Positions 57,732 to 64,000 of a DNA stretch of 64,000 bases are shown piece after piece. Location of the stretch: IMG/VR virus record IMGVR_UViG_3300031992_000018, positions 96,001-160,000 of that record. The stretch is one strand, 5' to 3'. Both the position numbers and the translations under genes were made by a program. Position 1 is the first letter of the stretch, and each line of letters opens with the position of its first letter. The stretch comes from a virus (lineage: Duplodnaviria > Caudoviricetes). The notes beneath the pieces were generated by a model. It ran no database searches. It was not told where the DNA came from and worked only from the letters and a program-made list of their open reading frames with translations.

Positions 57732-58106
57732 ATGAGTACATTTGAAATTTTGTTTTTAATTTTAGTAACAATTTTTGTAGGTTCAAGTCTTTATTTTGCT
57801 ATTACTGGTAGAATTAGGATGATTGCTGCTGAAGCAAAAGATGATGAAAGGTATATAAATCAAACTCAGTGGGAAGATCAGATTAAAGTTCTTACAGTTA
57901 GAATGGGTGAAATAACTTCAGAAAATCAACGTCTTAATGGTGTTGTAAGAGAGTGGATGAATGCAGCTAATACATATAAAGTTGAAATTGATAAACTTAA
58001 TAAGTCATTAGAAGAGTGGCAAAAACAATCTGAAGAATATAAAGCAAAATATTTTGAAGTTGATAAAGAACTAAAGAAATTTACAACAGCAAAAGGTAAT
58101 GAATAA
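57732..58106 (+). CDS. Membrane-anchored coiled-coil protein
   Basis: N-terminal TM helix plus coiled coil. Confidence 0.6.
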   Translation: MSTFEILFLILVTIFVGSSLYFAITGRIRMIAAEAKDDERYINQTQWEDQIKVLTVRMGEITSENQRLNGVVREWMNAANTYKVEIDKLNKSLEEWQKQSEEYKAKYFEVDKELKKFTTAKGNE

Positions 58107-58123
58107 TTTAAATTCCAGAAATA

Positions 58124-58151
58124 TTGAATTTCTGGAATTTTTTTCTATATT
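58124..58151 (+). promoter_or_regulatory. Putative early promoter TTGAAT-N16-TATATT overlapping a hairpin
   Basis: Matches the recurrent motif; inverted repeat 58110-58140. Confidence 0.65.
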
Positions 58152-58178
58152 TATATTGTAATTTAAAAAACAAACATT

Positions 58179-58508
58179 ATGAGTCATTACAATTTCAAAT
58201 TCGGTCAGTACATTGTTAAGAAAATGCGTCCGGTTAATGACATTACTCCTATTCCTATGATGGGAATGTTTATGTATTCTCGTAGTGATACTCCTATTTA
58301 TGGTGTGTTCCGTGTTGATCCTTATATCAGAGGAGACTATGAAGCTCCATTTGAATACAAAGTTATTCTTACTCCTGTTGGTAAGTCTGCTGAAATTTTT
58401 CTTGATGATGATTTTTATACTTCTGATTTGAGAGATATCAAGGATGAAATGATTTTTGATGATATGAATCTGGCTGAGAAGTTTGTTGAAGAATTTTTGA
58501 TTGATTAA
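58179..58508 (+). CDS. Hypothetical protein
   Basis: First gene after the promoter. Confidence 0.65.
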   Translation: MSHYNFKFGQYIVKKMRPVNDITPIPMMGMFMYSRSDTPIYGVFRVDPYIRGDYEAPFEYKVILTPVGKSAEIFLDDDFYTSDLRDIKDEMIFDDMNLAEKFVEEFLID

Positions 58509-58511
58509 ATT

Positions 58512-58769
58512 ATGTATATTCTTTTTACACCAGAAATGAATATTGATAATATTCTTGGTGCTCTTCATAATAAGGGTCTTAAAGATAGTCATTATGGTCC
58601 AGATAAAGAGCATGCAATTGGTGTATGTACTACATTTGTTACAAAACACTATACTTTCTTGTGTGAACCAATGCTTTCTAAGAATCCACATGTTAGTTGG
58701 ATTCATTGTAGAAAGAAATATGAAACTGAAGAAGAATTTATTAATGCTGTGAATAATGAAACCTTCTAA
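58512..58769 (+). CDS. Hypothetical protein
   Basis: ORF in operon. Confidence 0.55.
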   Translation: MYILFTPEMNIDNILGALHNKGLKDSHYGPDKEHAIGVCTTFVTKHYTFLCEPMLSKNPHVSWIHCRKKYETEEEFINAVNNETF

Positions 58770-58944
58770 AAGAAGAATATATCATCATGAAGGTCATTGC
58801 TGTGACTGTTTATGGGGACCAATATATGATTGTTATAATAAAACAAGAAATTGGTGTTCGGAACATAAAAGGGAAATAGAAGATCCCCAAACTGAAAGAT
58901 GTAATCAATTTTATAGAGCTGATTGTAAAAGAAATAAGAAGTAA
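58756..58944 (+). CDS. Small Cys-rich protein
   Basis: CCDC...WC..H...C motif. Confidence 0.5.
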   Translation: MKPSKRRIYHHEGHCCDCLWGPIYDCYNKTRNWCSEHKREIEDPQTERCNQFYRADCKRNKK

Positions 58945-58945
58945 T

Positions 58946-60058
58946 ATGTCTACTAAGATAGAAGAAATAATGGATAAGAAGCTTCTCGATGAAATGATTG
59001 AGAAGAAGTATGTTAATGTTCAGAAGCTTGACACTGGAGATCCTACTACTGATCTTTGGCTGCTTAATTATTCTAAGTCTTGTCAGATTGAACATGTTTG
59101 GAATGAAGTAACTACTCAGTGCCGTGGCCTTATCATTAATATGTTTGGAACTATCAAGGCTCGTCCTTTTGTTAAGTTCTATAACTATGAAGAGCTTGAA
59201 GGTCTTGGTATTACTGTTCCTAATCTTCCATTTGATGCTTATGAGAAGATGGATGGTTCACTTGGTATTATGTACTGGGTGAATGATGTACCTTATCTTG
59301 CAACTCGTGGTTCATTCAACTCAGAACAGTGTAAGCATGGTACTGAACTCCTTCATACTAAGTATAAGGATATGTGGGACCGTTTTGACAGAAATAAAAC
59401 CTATCTTTTTGAAATCATTTATCCTGAGGATAAGCATTGTATTGTCTATGGTCCTGAGGTTGATGACATATTCCTTCTTGCAGTAATTGATACTGATACT
59501 GGAGAAGAGACTGATTCTATTGATAACTATCGTGATGTATTGTCTGTAACAAAGCATTATGATGGTATTAAGGATTGGAAGAATATTCGTGAACAGTTTG
59601 ATGGTGATAACCGTGAAGGATTTGTTATCCGTTTCTCCAATGGATTTAGAATGAAGCTTAAGTATGAACAGTACTTTAAGATTCATTTCCTTAGGTCTAT
59701 GCTTTCTAAGAAGTATATTCTTGAGTGTCTTGCTGATGATAAGATTTCTAATATAGAAGATTATATTGGTCAGCTTGATGAAGAGAACCAGATTTATTAC
59801 CGTGCTAAGATGCAGGAAATAAAGGATAGATATACAGAAATTGAGAATAAGATGCTTGATATGTATATCTCTCCTGAGTGTTTTAAGACTCAGAAGGAAT
59901 ATGCTGAATGGGTATTTGGAAATCCTGCTCATAAGGGATTTACTGGTATGATGTTCTCTAAGGCAAAGGGTGCAGATTATTCTAAGATAATTTGGAAAAT
60001 GATTAGAGAAGAAATTCGTGAAGAAAATAGAAATGAATTAAATTCTGATGATGAATAA
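58946..60058 (+). CDS. RNA ligase (T4 Rnl1/RnlA-like)
   Basis: CRGLI, RPF.KFYN, EKMDGSL, ATRGSF, FEII.P, EGFV, KLK. Confidence 0.88.
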   Translation: MSTKIEEIMDKKLLDEMIEKKYVNVQKLDTGDPTTDLWLLNYSKSCQIEHVWNEVTTQCRGLIINMFGTIKARPFVKFYNYEELEGLGITVPNLPFDAYEKMDGSLGIMYWVNDVPYLATRGSFNSEQCKHGTELLHTKYKDMWDRFDRNKTYLFEIIYPEDKHCIVYGPEVDDIFLLAVIDTDTGEETDSIDNYRDVLSVTKHYDGIKDWKNIREQFDGDNREGFVIRFSNGFRMKLKYEQYFKIHFLRSMLSKKYILECLADDKISNIEDYIGQLDEENQIYYRAKMQEIKDRYTEIENKMLDMYISPECFKTQKEYAEWVFGNPAHKGFTGMMFSKAKGADYSKIIWKMIREEIREENRNELNSDDE

Positions 60059-60179
60059 ACAGTTATATGGTAGAACTTTTAGTTCTAAAAAGGAATTCCT
60101 TAAATGGTTTGAAGAACATGAAGATGACATCGATTGGGATTATGATGTTGAATTATCTTGGTATTATAAAGATGAATAG
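60051..60179 (+). CDS. Small hypothetical protein (absent from the ORF track)
   Basis: MNKQLYGRTFSSKKEF..., overlaps the upstream stop. Confidence 0.45.
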   Translation: MNKQLYGRTFSSKKEFLKWFEEHEDDIDWDYDVELSWYYKDE

Positions 60180-60181
60180 AT

Positions 60182-60334
60182 ATGACACAAGAAGAAAAAG
60201 ATAAACTTATCAATAAAGCAGCTAATTGGTTATATGAACATTTAGCTAATTCAGATAGATTACCTATGGCTAATTGGAATAAAGAATTCTGGAAAACAGC
60301 ATTTATAGGTTATATGAATGATAATAAAGAATAA
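60182..60334 (+). CDS. Small hypothetical protein (absent from the ORF track)
   Basis: MTQEEKDKLINKAANWL..., same MTQEEK start as 60546. Confidence 0.45.
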   Translation: MTQEEKDKLINKAANWLYEHLANSDRLPMANWNKEFWKTAFIGYMNDNKE

Positions 60335-60345
60335 TTTCATTATAT

Positions 60346-60549
60346 ATGGCACCAGATAAGATTTACATTGCTGAAACTCCGAATAAACTCATTGAGATTT
60401 GGAGCGACGAACCGATAGAACAAAAATCGTATATAACAGAACATGAATATATTCGCAAGGACGCTTTATTGAAGTGGATAGATGAATATAAAAATTATTC
60501 ATCTGGTCCTTCATGGGAATTGTTAAAAATACACATTGAGACGCTATGA
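60346..60549 (+). CDS. Hypothetical phage protein
   Basis: APDKIYI...EYIRKD pattern. Confidence 0.6.
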   Translation: MAPDKIYIAETPNKLIEIWSDEPIEQKSYITEHEYIRKDALLKWIDEYKNYSSGPSWELLKIHIETL

Positions 60550-60881
60550 CACAAGAAGAAAAACAATTACTACTCAAGGATCTTTGTGCTAGATTAGCGC
60601 ATGGTATTACATATTACTATGATACAGATAATGTTGTCATACCTAAACAGATTTTAGGTCTCACAGAAATAAACAATATTCTCCTTGGAATAGGTGATAA
60701 TATTAAACCTTATCTTAGACCTATGTCAAGTATGACTGATGAAGAAAAGGATGAATTATCTTGTTACGAAAACTGTATACAAAGAGTAGATTTCTATTAC
60801 TCACATCATATTGATTGTAGATTTATGATAGAGAAAGGTCTTGCTATTGAAGCAGAAGAAGGAATGTATAAAATTAAATAG
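60546..60881 (+). CDS. Hypothetical phage protein
   Basis: LLLKDLCARL, KPYLRPMSSMT.EE, H.D.R..IEKGLA. Confidence 0.65.
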   Translation: MTQEEKQLLLKDLCARLAHGITYYYDTDNVVIPKQILGLTEINNILLGIGDNIKPYLRPMSSMTDEEKDELSCYENCIQRVDFYYSHHIDCRFMIEKGLAIEAEEGMYKIK

Positions 60882-60897
60882 ATTATAAAGATTAATT

Positions 60898-61266
60898 ATG
60901 ATAACATATCATTTAATAGACCTTGAAAATATTCCAGTAAAATGGACTTCATTAATTAAACCAAATTATGAAGATCATATTTTAATATTTAGACTTGAAA
61001 ATCCAAATGATAAAAATTATATATCACTTGATGATTTTGTTAAATTTGCAAATTTGAATTTACATATAACTATTATTCAATGTAAAAATGGTAAACCAAA
61101 AATGAATGCTCTTGATTTTCAATTGTCTTCATATTTTGGTTATCTTATTGGAACAAATGTAGATAATTCATTTATCATTTATTCTAATGATACTGGTTTT
61201 GATCCAGTAATAGAATTTTGGTCTGCTAAAGGAATAAATATTAAAAGAGTAGAAGAAAATGAATAA
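60898..61266 (+). CDS. PIN/NYN-like domain protein
   Basis: LID.EN, NALDFQL..Y.G, IYSNDTGFD. Confidence 0.75.
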   Translation: MITYHLIDLENIPVKWTSLIKPNYEDHILIFRLENPNDKNYISLDDFVKFANLNLHITIIQCKNGKPKMNALDFQLSSYFGYLIGTNVDNSFIIYSNDTGFDPVIEFWSAKGINIKRVEENE

Positions 61267-61462
61267 TTTTATATCTACAATAAATTGGCAAAATGCTGAT
61301 ATTTATATACCTGAAGAAAGTAATGAAGGTATTATATATTGTACAGTAAATAATAAAATTGGTACATTTAATGATATTAAAAATATAAATCATTGGAATT
61401 TTTTGAAAGATAAGTATCATATTAAATGGTGGTGCTATCAATGGAAAATATTACCTAATTAA
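61259..61462 (+). CDS. Hypothetical protein
   Basis: ORF in operon. Confidence 0.5.
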   Translation: MNNFISTINWQNADIYIPEESNEGIIYCTVNNKIGTFNDIKNINHWNFLKDKYHIKWWCYQWKILPN

Positions 61463-61473
61463 ATTTAATAATT

Positions 61474-61770
61474 ATGGCTAAAGAAAGAAAAACTAAAGAA
61501 GTTATTAAAGTAGAATATAAAGAAAAAGAAATTGATAATAGTGATATTTATGATACCGCTATTGATAGAGCTTCTACTGGTTTTGCAGAATATATTGCAA
61601 GAGAAAAAAATGTAACGCGTTTACATTGTCCTGGTATTGATTTTGGTGTACGTATGCTTGCAAGAAGTTTGGTAAAAAATAATATTGTTGATGCTGTAAA
61701 ACTTTTTAATTATTTAAAACAAAATAGTTATCGTTCATATGACGATATTATTAAAGAATGGTGGAAATAA
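61474..61770 (+). CDS. Hypothetical protein
   Basis: ORF in operon. Confidence 0.55.
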   Translation: MAKERKTKEVIKVEYKEKEIDNSDIYDTAIDRASTGFAEYIAREKNVTRLHCPGIDFGVRMLARSLVKNNIVDAVKLFNYLKQNSYRSYDDIIKEWWK

Positions 61771-61777
61771 TAAATAT

Positions 61778-61981
61778 ATGTTAAAATTAAATTCAAATAT
61801 ATTTAAAATTAAAATTGGAGATACTGTAAAATGCGGACGTACGGTTTATACAATTGTAGCTACATTTGAAGATGAAGGTAGTATATACTATGTAGGTAAG
61901 TATATTAATAAAGATAATATACCATATTATTCTAATATTTTAACATATATTGGAGAACATATATTATTTAAACATGTATAA
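61778..61981 (+). CDS. Small protein, paralogue of 62058
   Basis: MLKL.S...K.K.GDTV.CG...YSNILTY..EH.LFKHV. Confidence 0.65.
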   Translation: MLKLNSNIFKIKIGDTVKCGRTVYTIVATFEDEGSIYYVGKYINKDNIPYYSNILTYIGEHILFKHV

Positions 61982-62007
61982 AAATATTAAATTAATATCA
62001 ATAATTT

Positions 62008-62035
62008 TTGAATTTTTTTAATATTATTCTATATT
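62008..62035 (+). promoter_or_regulatory. Putative early promoter TTGAAT-N16-TATATT
   Basis: Matches the recurrent motif. Confidence 0.7.
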
Positions 62036-62057
62036 ATAATGTGATTATATAAATAAT

Positions 62058-62264
62058 ATGTTAAAATTACGTTCAGATGTACTTAAAGTTAAAGTAGGAG
62101 ATACAGTTCAATGCGGTCTCATACGTTATATTGTAGTAAGTATATTTGAAGATAATGGAAGAACATTTTATGTATGTAAGTATACTAAAAAGAATGATAA
62201 TGTTACTTCTTATTCTAATATTTTAACATATAATAAAGAACATAAATTATTCAAACATGTATAA
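62058..62264 (+). CDS. Small protein, paralogue of 61778
   Basis: Alignable end to end with 61778. Confidence 0.65.
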   Translation: MLKLRSDVLKVKVGDTVQCGLIRYIVVSIFEDNGRTFYVCKYTKKNDNVTSYSNILTYNKEHKLFKHV

Positions 62265-62868
62265 GTTCGTAAAAATTCGTCCTAAGGATCAGTCAGAAAA
62301 GAAAGGTTATTGGTATTTTGTACCTAATTCTATTGAACAGGTTCAGGAACATTTTACTAAAATTTTTGGACAGGAAATCAGTGCTGGTGTAAAGGATAAG
62401 TTTAGTTCTATAACAAAGTATAAACATCCTGAAACTGCTTGGAGATTTGGTGTTGATACTCTTAATAGATTTAGTGGAAATCCCTGGGTAGTAGATGCTG
62501 TTAATCTTGAGAATCAAGTTCTACATAGTCGTATTGATGATTTTCTCAAGTATGGAAAAATTTATCTTGCTGATGGCGTTCAGCAGTTTATGTATCGTGA
62601 TGATCTTTTTGAGATTGTTGAAGAGGTAGATTCTGAAATTCTTTCTTATCCTAGAGAAGCACAAGTTCATATTGAAGAAGTAAGGTATATGCAATGGGAA
62701 GTTCCTGGTTATCCTAAAGGTGAACATTGGTATGCTAAGATTGGTAATATGGATGTTCGAGATAAAGAAGGAAATATGAAGTGGAATACCAAGGAAGAGG
62801 CTATAAAGGCTGCTGAATGGTTTTGTCAAGAATTGAATTGGAAAACGTATTTTGGTTCTAAAAAATAA
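62257..62868 (+). CDS. Hypothetical protein
   Basis: 203-aa ORF; GEHWYAKIG motif. Confidence 0.7.
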   Translation: MYKFVKIRPKDQSEKKGYWYFVPNSIEQVQEHFTKIFGQEISAGVKDKFSSITKYKHPETAWRFGVDTLNRFSGNPWVVDAVNLENQVLHSRIDDFLKYGKIYLADGVQQFMYRDDLFEIVEEVDSEILSYPREAQVHIEEVRYMQWEVPGYPKGEHWYAKIGNMDVRDKEGNMKWNTKEEAIKAAEWFCQELNWKTYFGSKK

Positions 62869-62943
62869 TATAAAAGATTAGTAAGCATATTGGTATTATA
62901 AACTAATATTCTTACAAATGAACGTAAGAAAAGAGGACTAATA

Positions 62944-64000
62944 TTAGTCCTCTTTATTTATTATGTTTTCTAAACTTTTTTCTAATTCTTTACTCCAACC
63001 ATCAACACTATTACAAACAAATTTTATATTAGGATTTTCTATAGCATTTTTAAATTCATTTTTATAAATATTATTACTCCAAATTCCAAGTCTTATCGTT
63101 GAATCTAAAACAGGTTCTTCATGTTTAAAGTAATTAAAGTATATATCTTCTAATACATAACTTTCATTTCTCATATTAAACCTGTCCAAAATTTCTTTTA
63201 ACTTGTTAAATTCAAAATAGCAAGGATAATGAGTTGTATAATTAACATGTGGTAAATTATATTTATCTAATAATTGTCGTGTTTTCCACTTATCATGATT
63301 CCAAAAATTTATAGGGGCTTTTTTATCTCCGGTAAAACTTAATGAATGATAATGAATTGTAGTAATATCTTCTAAACTAAAAGGCTTTATGGCATAATTA
63401 TCATCAACCATCCATATAAAACCATCGTACATCTTATCATACTTTTTCATTACAATATTAAACTTATTCTGCATATCAAGATGCGGATTATACTGATTTT
63501 CTATTTTTACTATTGTTGGACAATATATAAATTCAACCCAATGAAAATCATTTTTTAATGATTTATCAAATTCACCAATAACAACAAAATGATATTTAAA
63601 CTGGCAAAACATTTTCCACCCACTTAAAGCCAATCTAATTTCATTACCTTGTGAACTACTTTGTTTATATGGTAATATAACTAATATCTCTTTTTTTAAG
63701 TCGTTCAATAGTTGTTGTTTAAGATGAAGCATATCTGGATTTATTTTAAAAAATACATCAATAGTTCTGGCATAACCCATAAAATAACCTCTTTTCCTTT
63801 TATTAATATATTCTTCCCAAGATTTTGTCATATAATGTTTAATGTATATTCTATCATATACAATCTTTGTTCTTATATTACTAAAATCTGTTCTACACCA
63901 TTTACATTTGTCTGTTGGTTGGTGTGCATCTTTAAATTTTGTTTCATTAAAACTACTTAATTTATAACACGTTTTTGTTGTCCACTCTAACCTATCATGT
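62944..64000 (-). CDS. Two-domain glycosyltransferase-like protein, 5' end outside the window
   Basis: Frame stays open from 63831 to the window end (...IKHYMTKSWEEY..KRG, like NHY.TK in 41558); second domain has FIWMVDD. Confidence 0.6.
   Translation of the reverse strand, partial: HDRLEWTTKTCYKLSSFNETKFKDAHQPTDKCKWCRTDFSNIRTKIVYDRIYIKHYMTKSWEEYINKRKRGYFMGYARTIDVFFKINPDMLHLKQQLLNDLKKEILVILPYKQSSSQGNEIRLALSGWKMFCQFKYHFVVIGEFDKSLKNDFHWVEFIYCPTIVKIENQYNPHLDMQNKFNIVMKKYDKMYDGFIWMVDDNYAIKPFSLEDITTIHYHSLSFTGDKKAPINFWNHDKWKTRQLLDKYNLPHVNYTTHYPCYFEFNKLKEILDRFNMRNESYVLEDIYFNYFKHEEPVLDSTIRLGIWSNNIYKNEFKNAIENPNIKFVCNSVDGWSKELEKSLENIINKED

Noticed and set aside
4720-63960. Short antisense or nested ORFs in the track (e.g. 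4720, 26007, 29770, 58071, 59321, 63712)
   Set aside because: Shadow frames of well-supported genes with no recognisable motifs
1-64000. Lak-phage-style TAG recoding
   Set aside because: Long genes such as carB, the helicase and gp6 are intact in the standard code; the few TAG stops (4624, 60179, 60881) are followed closely by new starts
1-64000. tRNA genes, integrase or transposase
   Set aside because: No cloverleaf or T-loop signature and no recombinase motifs were seen by eye

Overview
Very AT-rich, densely coded 64-kb segment of a large T4-like (jumbo) myophage genome read in the standard genetic code. A Bacteroidetes-type OmpA, DUF4494 and ThyX suggest a gut Bacteroidetes host (inference). 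Recognisable content: metallophosphoesterase, DinG-like helicase, RuvC-like resolvase, gp6/gp25-like baseplate genes, a RimK-RimB-like fusion, ThyX, MgsA, RmlC/RmlD, several glycosyltransferases and two RNA ligases. The main candidate system is a co-oriented nucleotide-modification cluster (27286-35659): HD nucleotidase, full-length CarB, NodU/CmcH carbamoyltransferase, P-loop kinase, two thymidylate-synthase-fold paralogues and dCMP deaminase. It predicts carbamoylated hydroxymethyl-cytosine DNA with a phage-encoded carbamoyl-phosphate supply and an extra, catalytically altered TS paralogue. Other highlights: about 18 unrelated proteins share a T4-like capsid-targeting leader, and some sit in a cassette array with duplicated target sequences; a promoter-driven, structured ~380-nt non-coding RNA; a Ser-Gly-repeat protein plus glycosylation locus; and a four-member FETNSS leader family. 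All calls come from motif recognition by eye; no database searches were run.
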